NCBI GenBank assembly: GCA_020351995.1
Contig: CP070674.1
Coordinates: forward strand, 1,064,467 to 1,128,466
DNA from: Candidatus Zixiibacteriota bacterium
GTDB lineage: Bacteria > Zixibacteria > MSB-5A5 > GN15 > FEB-12
DNA length: 64,000 bases
Direction: 5' to 3'
Shown here piece after piece: positions 35,538 through 45,144 of the stretch. The translations under genes were made by a program, and so were the position numbers. Positions within the stretch are counted from its first letter, which is position 1. Each line of letters starts with the position of its first letter. Under the pieces are notes generated by a model. The model was not told the DNA's origin. It made no database searches and saw nothing but the letters and a program-made list of their open reading frames with translations.

Positions 35538-38015
35538 ATGATTATAGACAGCAAAGAAAGACTGCCCATTCTGCCCTCCGACAAGGAAGAAACCTACCCT
35601 GTTCTGCCACTCAAAACGGGAGTTCTGTTCCCTAACATGATGCTGACCATCCAGGTAGGCCGGCAGGAGAATTTACGTCTGATCGAGGACTGCAAAAGTG
35701 GTAAGAAGAATTTTATCGCTTCCTATTCTCCCTCGAAGTACGCCGAGGCTGAACCCTCGCCGGTCCATCGGGTAGGTGTACTCGCGGTTGTGCGCGACAT
35801 AAGAACCGGCCCTGGTAATTCCGAAATTGTCACCATTGAAGGTATCAAGCGCGTGGTGATCTCGAAAATAATCGACACCGAGCCGTTTATAGTCGCCTCT
35901 GCCAGCTATCTCCAGCCGCAGGACAAAATCCCCAAAGCCGTTCGCACCAAAGTCGACGAGGTCATCTCGGTCGTGAAGGAAATTACCGGCCTCGATCCGA
36001 CCTACTCCCCGGAGCAGCTCAACGTTTTACGGATGAACCGTGACGATCCCTCAATGGCCGCTGATACCGTGGCCTCAACATATCATTTCCCGCTTGAAGC
36101 GAAACAGACTCTGCTTGAAACAGTTAATCTCGAAATCCGGCTTGAACGACTCCTGGACTACCTCAATGCCGAACTCAGCCGGGTTGTTACCATGCACAAT
36201 ATCAACGCCAACGTTCAAAAGCAGATGGAAGAAGAGCAGCGCAAGCACTTCCTCCGCCAGCAACTTCACGAAATCCGCAAACAGCTTGGTGAGGATTTTG
36301 CCGAGGAAAAAGAGGCCGCCCGAATCAGAAACATCATTAAGAGTATGGCGAAACTTCCCCCGGAAGTCGTTGCGCGTGGTACTATCGAAGCCGACCGTCT
36401 GTCTCAGCTCTCCACCGCCTCGGCCGAATATGGCGTAACTAAGAATTACCTCGAGTGGCTGTTGGCCTTACCGTGGGGCAAGTGCAAGCCGGAAGACTAC
36501 AGCATGTCCGAGGTCGAAAAGGTCCTCTCAACTGAGTATTACGGTCCGGTCAGCCTCAAGGAACAGATTCTACAGAGATTATCAGTGAGAAAACTGCTTG
36601 GCGGTGTCAACGAAGGCCCGACTCTCTGCTTGATTGGCGCCCATGGAACCGGGAAGGCTGCCATAGCCAGAGCCATTGCCAAGGCTATGGGGAAGGAATT
36701 CCTTCGCATATCCGTAGGCGGCATCTCCGAAGTCTCCGAAATAAAAGGTACCCCGCGAACATTTCTCGGCGCCATGCCCGGTAAAATCATCAGGGCCCTC
36801 CGCGATGCCGGTTCGTGTGACCCGGTCATGCTCATCGAAGATATTGACTACTTCAATATCGACAACGACTCCTCGGTCAACATGGCCCTGCTCGAGGCTA
36901 TTGACAACCGGGTCAACTCCCGCTTTCTCGACAACTACATCGGCGTACCCTTTGACCTGAGCAAAGTCGTCTTCATATGCTCCGTCCGCTCGTATGAGGA
37001 AATCCCGGAACAATTCATCCCTCGTTTCGAGATTATCGAACTGCCCGGATATATCGAAAAAGAAAAAATCGTCATTACCAAGCGATACATTATTCCTAAG
37101 CTTCTCAAGAAGCACGGTATCCTGAAAACAGAGTTGAACTTTGCCGACAAACTTCTCGCCCGGATTATCAATCACTATACCATGGAGGCCGGCTTGCTGG
37201 GTCTCTCGCAGCAGCTTGAGAAAATCTGCCGCAAGGTGGCTCTCGAAAAGGTTTCCAACCTTCGCAAACGATGGACGGTCAGCGAGAAGAATCTGGAGTC
37301 ATACCTGGGACCGCCCGTGTACATCCCTGAAAAGGCGGAAATACAACCCGAAATCGGCATTGCCGCCGGACTGGCCTGGACCGGAGCCGGGGGCGACCTG
37401 ATGTTTATCGAGGGCCTCAAGATGAAGGGAGAGGGACAGATTTTCACCACCGGTTCTCTGGGCGAGGTAATGAAAGAGTCGATTCAGGCCGCCTACTCTT
37501 ATGTAAGATCCAAAGCGGATATGCTTGGAATCGACTTCGCCGATTTCAGCGATTTTGACATCCACATCCACTTCCCGTCGGGCGCCATCCCCAAGGATGG
37601 CCCGTCGGCCGGTGTCACTGTCTGCCTGGTTATCGCCTCGGTTATGGCCGAGCGTCCCATCCGCAATGATATCGCCATGACCGGCGAAATCACCCTTCGC
37701 GGAAAAGTGCTTTCGGTTGGTGGTATCAAAGAAAAAGTCTCGGCTGCCTTCCGTGCGGGTATATACAACGTGGCTATCCCCAAGGAAAACCAGAAAGACC
37801 TCAAGGATCTACCCAAGGAGATTCTCCGCAAATCGAAATTCACCTTCCTCGAACGCGTCGATGACCTCTTTGAACTGTGTCTTCTGGACTTCACGCCTTC
37901 CTCCTATACTCTGGAAAAGATCTTTCAGGAAGAGATAAAAAAGGCCAAGAAGAAAAAGCCTCGCACCACCAGGGGAAAGACCAAAGCCGCCCGATCCCGC
38001 GGCAAAAAGAAGTAG
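35538..38015 (+). CDS. lon: LonA-type protease paralog with atypical ATPase motifs
   Basis: 825 aa. Lon N-domain ([20 protein letters not shown]) and protease Ser/Lys dyad (PKDGPSAGV, Ser codon 37605-37607; GGIKEKV). Walker A reads GAHGTGKA (36636-36659) and Walker B reads MLIEDID. The C-terminal tail is Lys/Arg-rich. Confidence 0.8.
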   Translation: MIIDSKERLPILPSDKEETYPVLPLKTGVLFPNMMLTIQVGRQENLRLIEDCKSGKKNFIASYSPSKYAEAEPSPVHRVGVLAVVRDIRTGPGNSEIVTIEGIKRVVISKIIDTEPFIVASASYLQPQDKIPKAVRTKVDEVISVVKEITGLDPTYSPEQLNVLRMNRDDPSMAADTVASTYHFPLEAKQTLLETVNLEIRLERLLDYLNAELSRVVTMHNINANVQKQMEEEQRKHFLRQQLHEIRKQLGEDFAEEKEAARIRNIIKSMAKLPPEVVARGTIEADRLSQLSTASAEYGVTKNYLEWLLALPWGKCKPEDYSMSEVEKVLSTEYYGPVSLKEQILQRLSVRKLLGGVNEGPTLCLIGAHGTGKAAIARAIAKAMGKEFLRISVGGISEVSEIKGTPRTFLGAMPGKIIRALRDAGSCDPVMLIEDIDYFNIDNDSSVNMALLEAIDNRVNSRFLDNYIGVPFDLSKVVFICSVRSYEEIPEQFIPRFEIIELPGYIEKEKIVITKRYIIPKLLKKHGILKTELNFADKLLARIINHYTMEAGLLGLSQQLEKICRKVALEKVSNLRKRWTVSEKNLESYLGPPVYIPEKAEIQPEIGIAAGLAWTGAGGDLMFIEGLKMKGEGQIFTTGSLGEVMKESIQAAYSYVRSKADMLGIDFADFSDFDIHIHFPSGAIPKDGPSAGVTVCLVIASVMAERPIRNDIAMTGEITLRGKVLSVGGIKEKVSAAFRAGIYNVAIPKENQKDLKDLPKEILRKSKFTFLERVDDLFELCLLDFTPSSYTLEKIFQEEIKKAKKKKPRTTRGKTKAARSRGKKK

Positions 38016-38112
38016 ATTTTCTTCAGCGACTGCTGTAGCTCCCATTATCGTATAGTCTCTGAGTCAACTCATTACCTTCAAAGACATTCGGCCGCTCTTT
38101 CAAAACTTTTTG

Positions 38113-38141
38113 TTTACAAATATTTGTCAAAAATGTATCAT
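38113..38141 (+). promoter_or_regulatory. Promoter candidate of miaB
   Basis: TTTACA, 17-nt spacer, TATCAT. The spacer contains the perfect 12-bp palindrome ACAAATATTTGT (38116-38127). Confidence 0.45.
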
Positions 38142-38189
38142 CGGTTATCTGTTACCGAACTACAATGAACCTGCCATTACGGACTCGAC

Positions 38190-39509
38190 ATGGAAAAGCG
38201 TAGCAAAATACAGACTTTCCATATCTCCACTTACGGTTGCCAGATGAACCTGGCCGACACCTCGACCCTTATGGCCACCATGATCAACCGCGGTTATCGA
38301 CCCGTCGACAATGAGCGCGACGCCGATCTGATCATTCTGAACACGTGCTCCGTCCGTGAAAAAGCCGAACAGCGTGTTTTCGGGCGGTTGGGGGAGATTG
38401 CCCGCTACAAGTTCCGCAAACCCCATCTGAAGATTGCCGTTGTTGGCTGTATGGCACAGCGTCTCGGCAAAGAGCTTATAGAGCAGGTTCCGCACGTCGA
38501 TTATGTTCTCGGTACCGATCGTGTGTTTGAACTTCCCGATGTTATCGAGGACAAACCCGGCACTGATCAGGTGATGACGGCCCTCGGGCACGAGAATATT
38601 GACTTCATCACACCGGTCAAGGAGACACCGTATTCGGGTTTTGTGACTATCGCGCGCGGGTGCGACAATCACTGCTCCTACTGCATTGTCCCTTATGTCC
38701 GAGGGAAGGAACGCGCCCATTCCACCGACTACATCATAGACTCGGTGCGTCGGATGGTTAATGAGGGGGTGGTCGAAATCACTCTGCTGGGACAGAACGT
38801 AAACAGCTATAGCTGTGACGAAACGGATTTCCCGGACCTTCTCAAGCGTGTTGCCGGTGAAACCGGCGTCAAACGATTGCGCTTTATGACTTCCCATCCC
38901 AAAGACCTCTCCGAGAAGCTGGTCGATCTCATGGCCGCCGAGCCGAAGATTATGCCTCACGTTCACCTGCCCCTTCAGGCCGGCTCCAACCGGGTCCTCA
39001 AGCGCATGGGGCGGGTGTACACGGTTGAGCATTATCTGAAGATCGTCGAGTACATCCGCAAGAAGCTGGACTATATCTGCCTGACAACCGACCTGATAGT
39101 CGGCTTCCCCGGTGAATCCGAGAAAGAATACGAAGCCACTCTGGCCGTGGTTCGTCAGGTCAAATTCGATAGTGCTTTCATGTTCAGGTATTCCACTCGA
39201 CCCGGGACTCCGGCGGCTAGGTATCCCGACGACGTTCCGGAAAAAGATAAGATACGCCGTCTTAATAAACTTATCGCCATGCAACAGGAGATCTCGCGCT
39301 GCCAGAATCAGCGTGAACTCAATCAAGTGCGGTTCAGCCTTGTCGAAGGCACCTCGCGACGCGATGCGACCGTTCTGCGCGCGCGCACCGAGGGAAACAA
39401 AACGGTGCTCTTCGCAAGTGAAAACGTTGCCGTTGGCGGCGTGGTCCCGGTCCGGATTACCGAGGCCGATGCCTTTACCTTGCACGGCCAGCTAGAGGAG
39501 CTAACATGA
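38190..39509 (+). CDS. miaB: tRNA-2-methylthio-N6-dimethylallyladenosine synthase (radical SAM methylthiotransferase)
   Basis: 439 aa. UPF0004 N-domain (TYGCQMN), radical-SAM CxxxCxxC (RGCDNHCSYCIVP) and a TRAM-like C-terminus. Confidence 0.92.
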   Translation: MEKRSKIQTFHISTYGCQMNLADTSTLMATMINRGYRPVDNERDADLIILNTCSVREKAEQRVFGRLGEIARYKFRKPHLKIAVVGCMAQRLGKELIEQVPHVDYVLGTDRVFELPDVIEDKPGTDQVMTALGHENIDFITPVKETPYSGFVTIARGCDNHCSYCIVPYVRGKERAHSTDYIIDSVRRMVNEGVVEITLLGQNVNSYSCDETDFPDLLKRVAGETGVKRLRFMTSHPKDLSEKLVDLMAAEPKIMPHVHLPLQAGSNRVLKRMGRVYTVEHYLKIVEYIRKKLDYICLTTDLIVGFPGESEKEYEATLAVVRQVKFDSAFMFRYSTRPGTPAARYPDDVPEKDKIRRLNKLIAMQQEISRCQNQRELNQVRFSLVEGTSRRDATVLRARTEGNKTVLFASENVAVGGVVPVRITEADAFTLHGQLEELT

Positions 39510-42442
39510 TGATTGAGTCTCTGTCCGCCATTGTGACAGCCTTTCTGGCACTGGTTTCGGTAGTCTTCCTGGTCTATCGTTTCGGCTTCTTCTCCGGGGA
39601 AGGTGTTTCAGGAAGATACGCGTTTCTCTTTGGTGGCATACTTGTATTTATTGCTACCGCGTGGCAGACCGTTAAGAGCATGACGGAGTATGGCGAATGG
39701 TTCGTTGAGGGTGCTTACCCGATAATCGATCTGGTCCAGCTCTCACTTTTCGTGCTCGGGATCCTGCTGGCTGTTTCGGGTCTGGCTCTATATGCTGACT
39801 TCTGGCAAACCCGGCGGGAAGAATTGGCCACCCGTGACCGACAACTTTCAATCCTGGGTAATTTGCAGGCCGACGCCCGCGAACCGTATCAGACAGTCGA
39901 ATTCCTCGACCTTGCCATCCGCGAAATCATCAGTCACTTTCCCGACATGGGTGGGGCGATATTCTTTGTCAACCGAAGTCAGAGACAGCTCGTTCTTACG
40001 GCATCGGTCGGATTCACTAAACAGGAAACCGCTTTCCTCGAACGATACCCGTACGGGCAGAACGTCATCAGTCAGTCGGTGGAATCCACTGAGCCGATGA
40101 TCTCTGGCTCGTTCGACTTCGTTGACGCCTCGGGAAAAACAATTGTCTCGAGATTCAATTCTTCGCTGGTGCTGCCGCTGGTATCCGGAAGGGAGAAGAT
40201 TGGGGCAATAGTACTCGTATCCCCGGTTAGCCGGTTTTTCGGCCGTACCGAAATCAGATATCTTTCCCCGGTGGCTGACTGGCTGGCCGAGATGGTAAAA
40301 TCTTCACGACTGGTCAAAGAGCTTACCAGCACTAAACGGGAGCTGGAAAATTACACCTCACAATACTCCGACTTTACCCGGCGTGTCGTCCGCAGTGCCG
40401 ATTCGTTCTCACGAGCCGATATTCTTCCGTCGTTCTGCGGCAGCCTCGTTGGACTGGTTTCCTGTCGATCGGTTCACTTGCTCGGGATGAAAAACGGTGC
40501 CCTGAGCATCTATGGCGGCAGTGAGCCGGTGACAGAGTTTTCAGAAAACTATCGCACTGCCCTGATAGATGCCCTCGACAAGAAAAAACCGCTGATAATC
40601 AATCAGGAGGCGGCCGGGGACGACGGCCGGACCTATATCGCCCGGTCCACATTACTTTATCCCGTGGGAAGCGAAACGGAAGGGGCGGCCCTGATGTTTA
40701 TCAAGGACGGCTCACCCTTCAGAGTGAGCGAGGGCGAACTCAAGGAAATTGACGTTTATGCCCGGCTGGCCCTTCTGGCTCTCCGACAAAAAGACATTCA
40801 TCGTCTGGACATCACCCGCAAGAAAGGCCTGGACAAGGTTGTGCAGTTCCTGCGCTTTGACCCCGGGCTCCGCTTCGATGGGGACCCCGGTTTCTTTATG
40901 AGACATCTGGCTGCGGTGATGCCCACCAGCTCGATTGCCATCACGTTCGTTAAACAAAATGATGGCTCATTTCGCGCGGTCGACGGTCTCCATGCCAACG
41001 CCGAGCAACTCGCCTCTCTCATCACCTTACCCGGCGAAGGTTGCGTCGGTAGTGTGGCAGTGGATTACCAGGCCCAGTTCGTCTCTGGCAAAACCAAGGT
41101 AAATCAGGAGGTGCGGGCCTTCGATCAGGTCAACCGCGACGCTATTCAAAAATTGTTTGGTGAACCGGGCCTTCCGAATTTTATGGCCGCCTGCCCGATT
41201 TCGGGTATCGATGATATCCTCGGTGTCGTGCTGATTTTCATGTTTGACCTGACCGAGAACGAACAGGTAGAATGGCAGAGACTGCTCACCTTGGCGGCTG
41301 GTCTGATCTCGCTCAGATTAACTATTAACGAACTGCACGCTGCTCAGCCGGTGCTACAGGCGCCCGAATTTGATGAGCAGCGCGTTGGAGAGTCAATGAA
41401 CAGGCTCAACAATTATCTTTCAGCCATTGTCGGAAATGCCGGACTGGCACAAACGCGTGAAGACCTGAGCGGGGAAGTGCGTAATCACTTCAAGAGTATA
41501 ATCCGCGAAGCTGAACAGGCGTCGCTCTTTATGAAAAATGCCTTTGGCGGCTACCTCGGCGACACCGCGCCGGCACCAACTGAGCTACCACCTTCAGATA
41601 CGGTTAATGATATTGTCCAGAACGTGCTGATGCGAAACCGAATCTCCGACAATCTTTACATGATCGGCGGACGGGCTCGCGAGATCAGCCTCACTCTTTC
41701 CGATATAGACCAGACCGAGTTTCCCCGTGAGACCATCCAGGGCCTTTTTGAGGAAGCCATGAACCGCTTCGCCTCTCTTGCGGACCAGGAAGATATTATC
41801 ACGGTGGCCACGTATGCCGCGGATAACTACGTGTACCTGGATATCTCCCGGCATCATCGTAATTTCCCTCCCGTGCAGAATGTTGCCCGCTTTGGGCACT
41901 ACCAGAGGTCGGGCGAAGTGCTCAGATATCGCCCCGCCGACACCTTTCTCAAGCACCTTGGCGATAAAGACTGCTATTACGCTTTTGACCGTGTGGCCCA
42001 GGAACCGTCCTATCTGTCATTCAAGTTCCCTGCCAGAATCGCCGGAAGACCGCCGATTCCACAGCGAGGTGCCCCTCGCATACTGGCTATTGATGACCAG
42101 GCCGTGATACTCGACCTGATATCCGCCATGTGTCAGGCTACCGGTTATAATGTAAAAACAGCCGTATCGGCCGAAGAAGGCCTGCAACTGGCCCTCAATG
42201 AGAAATTCGATATCGTTCTGACCGATCTGGCAATGCCCGGGCTGTCAGGGCTCGAAATCGCGCGCGAGGTAAGAAAGAAAAGGCCCGATGTCCCGATAGT
42301 GCTGGTGACCGGATGGGAAGTCAATATCAGTAAGGAGAAAATGGACGCCGCCGGCATCACCAGAGTCCTCTACAAGCCTTTCAGAATTGAGCAGTTGACC
42401 GATCTTATCGGTACCCTCCTTGAAGCCCGTTCGCTGACCTGA
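39506..42442 (+). CDS. Membrane-anchored multi-domain signalling protein: TM region, GAF-like repeats, His-less DHp/degenerate CA, and a C-terminal receiver domain
   Basis: 978 aa. Its start overlaps the miaB stop (ATGA). About 4 N-terminal TM helices. The DHp-like segment reads ESMNRLNNYLSAIVGNAGL, with Asn (41399-41401) where the phospho-His is expected. The receiver is ILAIDDQ...VLTDLAMPGLSG...LYKPF. Confidence 0.7.
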   Translation: MMIESLSAIVTAFLALVSVVFLVYRFGFFSGEGVSGRYAFLFGGILVFIATAWQTVKSMTEYGEWFVEGAYPIIDLVQLSLFVLGILLAVSGLALYADFWQTRREELATRDRQLSILGNLQADAREPYQTVEFLDLAIREIISHFPDMGGAIFFVNRSQRQLVLTASVGFTKQETAFLERYPYGQNVISQSVESTEPMISGSFDFVDASGKTIVSRFNSSLVLPLVSGREKIGAIVLVSPVSRFFGRTEIRYLSPVADWLAEMVKSSRLVKELTSTKRELENYTSQYSDFTRRVVRSADSFSRADILPSFCGSLVGLVSCRSVHLLGMKNGALSIYGGSEPVTEFSENYRTALIDALDKKKPLIINQEAAGDDGRTYIARSTLLYPVGSETEGAALMFIKDGSPFRVSEGELKEIDVYARLALLALRQKDIHRLDITRKKGLDKVVQFLRFDPGLRFDGDPGFFMRHLAAVMPTSSIAITFVKQNDGSFRAVDGLHANAEQLASLITLPGEGCVGSVAVDYQAQFVSGKTKVNQEVRAFDQVNRDAIQKLFGEPGLPNFMAACPISGIDDILGVVLIFMFDLTENEQVEWQRLLTLAAGLISLRLTINELHAAQPVLQAPEFDEQRVGESMNRLNNYLSAIVGNAGLAQTREDLSGEVRNHFKSIIREAEQASLFMKNAFGGYLGDTAPAPTELPPSDTVNDIVQNVLMRNRISDNLYMIGGRAREISLTLSDIDQTEFPRETIQGLFEEAMNRFASLADQEDIITVATYAADNYVYLDISRHHRNFPPVQNVARFGHYQRSGEVLRYRPADTFLKHLGDKDCYYAFDRVAQEPSYLSFKFPARIAGRPPIPQRGAPRILAIDDQAVILDLISAMCQATGYNVKTAVSAEEGLQLALNEKFDIVLTDLAMPGLSGLEIAREVRKKRPDVPIVLVTGWEVNISKEKMDAAGITRVLYKPFRIEQLTDLIGTLLEARSLT

Positions 42443-42506
42443 GCTGCTTTTTTATCGGACATTAAACCTCTGGCCCTTCCGTCCGATATTACATCTAGGG
42501 TGTGAC

Positions 42507-43844
42507 ATGAAACAAGTCCCTGTACTGGATCAGATACAGCAAGACAGTAATCTGCTATCTCTTCCTCAAGTGCTATCCGAAGTTCTTCAAGAAGTTGGCA
42601 AGGAAGATTTCTCAGCCGATTCACTGGCGAATATAATTCTCAAGGATCCATCCCTGACCAGCCGGGTCCTGCGGATGTCGAACTCCTCTTTCTATCAGCG
42701 ATTCGCCGAAATCAAAACCGTCCATCAGGCTGTCGCTGTACTCGGGGTCACAACCGTTAAATGTCTGGCTTTGTCCACATCGGTTTTTCACCCTGAGAGA
42801 ATTGCCAAGGAGTCGGGTATTAACGCTTCGGAGTTTTTTGTTTACGTGCTTTCCGTGGCGGCCGCCAGTAAGAAAATAGCCCAGGCCGCCGGATACTCGT
42901 CGACAGAAGAAGCATTCATAGCCGGGTTACTTCACGATATCGGTTTGCTGTTTTTCCTGCACAAATACCCGAACGAATATCGGCAGATCACTTCCCGCGA
43001 GGCTGGCTGCCAATCGCTGCCGGAAGCGGAAAAGCAAGTCTTCGGGGTGGACCACAGTGAAGTGGGTTTTCATATGGCCGAAGCATGGCGTCTGCCGGAG
43101 GAAATTGTCAGGTCCATTCGAGACCACCATGGTGACGCTCTCTCCGGTAATGAGAATGTTCTAACCAACATTGTTCGGCTCGCGGTAGCCCTGACCAAGG
43201 ACCGCTTCTCCGGATACGAACTCGATCTCGAAGATCGGCTCAACCGGGTCGCCGTTCTGTCCAAGGCGCTTTCCCTCACCAAGGAACAGGTTGATGAAAT
43301 CTCCAGCTCATTACTGGCTGAAACCTTTGATATCGCCCAGTACCTTGGCGTTGACATCGGTGACATTGAAGAAATGCTTACAATCGCCAATCAGGAAATA
43401 TGGAAATCATACCTCATTATTGAAAACCTGTTCAAAGAGCGGCAAGAGCTCAGTCAGAACCTGCTTCGGGAAGAGAGGGCCAAGGGCGCTGTCGAGTCCA
43501 AAAACATCGCCATGGCAACCCTCTCACACTATATTAATAACGCCGTCATGGCTATCTATGGACGCTCGCAGATTCTTTCCATGCTCCTTCGCAAAGGCGA
43601 AACTGAAAAAGTCATCGACCAACTGGATGACAGTCTCCGCAAAATCGATAATTCAGTCAAGAAAATCGTCGCCGTACTCGAGGAAATGAAAGAAGTCTCG
43701 CCGGTTGACCAGCAACGCTTCGATTCCGTCTCCAAAACCATGAATATCGACGACCGTATCCAGAAAAGACTGGCCCGGATATCAGATGATATTAAGTGGG
43801 ATACCGACGTCGAGACATCGTCCGATTCAGTATCCTCCAGTTGA
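42507..43844 (+). CDS. HDOD-domain protein with C-terminal DHp-like helix pair
   Basis: 445 aa. HDOD features (LPQVLSEVLQEV, GLLHDIG, DHSEVG). The C-terminus reads ATLSHYINNAVMAIYGRSQIL (His codon about 43527-43529), with no ATPase domain following. Confidence 0.7.
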   Translation: MKQVPVLDQIQQDSNLLSLPQVLSEVLQEVGKEDFSADSLANIILKDPSLTSRVLRMSNSSFYQRFAEIKTVHQAVAVLGVTTVKCLALSTSVFHPERIAKESGINASEFFVYVLSVAAASKKIAQAAGYSSTEEAFIAGLLHDIGLLFFLHKYPNEYRQITSREAGCQSLPEAEKQVFGVDHSEVGFHMAEAWRLPEEIVRSIRDHHGDALSGNENVLTNIVRLAVALTKDRFSGYELDLEDRLNRVAVLSKALSLTKEQVDEISSSLLAETFDIAQYLGVDIGDIEEMLTIANQEIWKSYLIIENLFKERQELSQNLLREERAKGAVESKNIAMATLSHYINNAVMAIYGRSQILSMLLRKGETEKVIDQLDDSLRKIDNSVKKIVAVLEEMKEVSPVDQQRFDSVSKTMNIDDRIQKRLARISDDIKWDTDVETSSDSVSSS

Positions 43845-43875
43845 CCACCGCCCCCGATTTGCTTATTTTCCGTAC

Positions 43876-45045
43876 ATGATAAAATACCTCACTTCCGGTG
43901 AGTCACACGGCCCACAAATGACTGTCATCATCGATGGTTTCCCGGCCGGGTTTAATTTGAGTCTCGATCAGATCAACTATCAGCTACGGCGAAGACAGGA
44001 AAGCCTGGGCCGTGGCGACCGGATGAAGATTGAGAAAGACACTGCTGAGATTGTTTCGGGTGTTCGCGGGGGGGTAACGCTGGGATTTCCGATTACGCTG
44101 GTTATTCCCAATCTTGACTGGCCCAACTGGGCAAACATCATGAATCCTCTGCAGCCGTCGGGCGAAAAAGCCCTTGACCGACCAAGACCGGGACACGCCG
44201 ACCTTCCCGGTGCGGTCAAACTCGGCCATCATGATATTCGAAATGTGCTGGAGCGGGCTTCCGCCCGTGAGACAGTCGCCAGGGTCGCTGCGGGAAGTCT
44301 GGCGCGACAGTTTCTGGAGAAATTCGGAGTACAGTTCGCCTCTCACGTGATTCAGGTTGGGAAAGTGAAACTAAAGGGCGCCTTTTCGACCAGGGATTTG
44401 GCCGCCTTCGCCGAAAAAGTCGAAAAATCGCCCGTCCGCAGTGTCGACAGTGCGACCGGCAAGAAAATGGAAAAATACATCAAAGAGGCGGCCGCGAAGC
44501 GGGATTCACTTGGTGGTGCGGTCGAGGTTATCGTCAGAGGTATTCCCGTCGGCCTGGGGCATTTCTCGCAGTGGTACCGGCGCCTTGACAGCCGGCTAGC
44601 CGCGGCAGTGATGTCGATCCCGTCGGTGAAAGCGGTCGAAATAGGTCTGGGCATGGACTCGGCAGGGTCCCCGGGATCGAAATCACAGGACGAGATATTC
44701 TATGCTGCCGGTAGCGATTCTGCAAAGAAAGACTTCTATAGAAAAACTAACAATGCCGGCGGAATAGAGGGAGGTATTAGTAACGGTGAAGATATCATTG
44801 TTCGTTTCGCAGCTAAGCCCGTTTCGACTCTCAAAAAACCTCTGCGTACGGTGAACATTAAGACGAAGAAGCCGGCCAGGGCTACCGTTGAACGCGCCGA
44901 CACTTGCATTGTGCCGGTTCTCGGTGTCATAGGTGAAGCGGCCGTGGCTCTGGTGCTCGCCGACGCCTTCATGGAGAAATTCGGTTCGGACAACATAGCC
45001 GAAATAGAAAGAAACTATCACCGTTTCCTGGGAGATACATTTTAG
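43876..45045 (+). CDS. aroC: Chorismate synthase
   Basis: 389 aa from the ATG at 43876 (MIKYLTSGESHGPQ...). The tracked start at 43786 adds 30 non-conserved residues and overlaps the HDOD gene. Confidence 0.9.
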   Translation: MIKYLTSGESHGPQMTVIIDGFPAGFNLSLDQINYQLRRRQESLGRGDRMKIEKDTAEIVSGVRGGVTLGFPITLVIPNLDWPNWANIMNPLQPSGEKALDRPRPGHADLPGAVKLGHHDIRNVLERASARETVARVAAGSLARQFLEKFGVQFASHVIQVGKVKLKGAFSTRDLAAFAEKVEKSPVRSVDSATGKKMEKYIKEAAAKRDSLGGAVEVIVRGIPVGLGHFSQWYRRLDSRLAAAVMSIPSVKAVEIGLGMDSAGSPGSKSQDEIFYAAGSDSAKKDFYRKTNNAGGIEGGISNGEDIIVRFAAKPVSTLKKPLRTVNIKTKKPARATVERADTCIVPVLGVIGEAAVALVLADAFMEKFGSDNIAEIERNYHRFLGDTF

Positions 45046-45144
45046 AGGATTTTTTGCTTTATTTTTCGCTCCGCATAGCGTTTAATGAAACAGAAACCGG
45101 AGGGTTTCTCGGTCAGAACGTAGTCTATTGATTGATATGGGAGT

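Noticed and set aside
38160-39485. A 441-aa ORF fully antisense to miaB, together with other very long antisense ORFs. On the minus strand these are 16331-17365, 45745-46665, 30029-30892, 28683-29279, 36582-37175, 20420-20923 and 741-1259. On the plus strand, opposite minus-strand genes, they are 60701-61267, 61310-62032 and 2700-3089.
   Set aside because: In every case I checked, the antisense ORF is codon-aligned with the sense gene: the distance between the two starts is 2 mod 3. Antisense stops would therefore require sense TTA, CTA or TCA codons, which this genome's codon usage evidently avoids. The sense genes have clear family motifs, while the antisense translations are Arg/Gly/Pro-rich with no motifs or RBS. 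I treat them as a codon-bias artefact, not overlapping genes.
43786-43875. An N-terminal 30-aa extension of chorismate synthase that overlaps the HDOD gene.
   Set aside because: Chorismate synthases begin close to the GESHG motif, and MIKYLTSGESHG starts at 43876.
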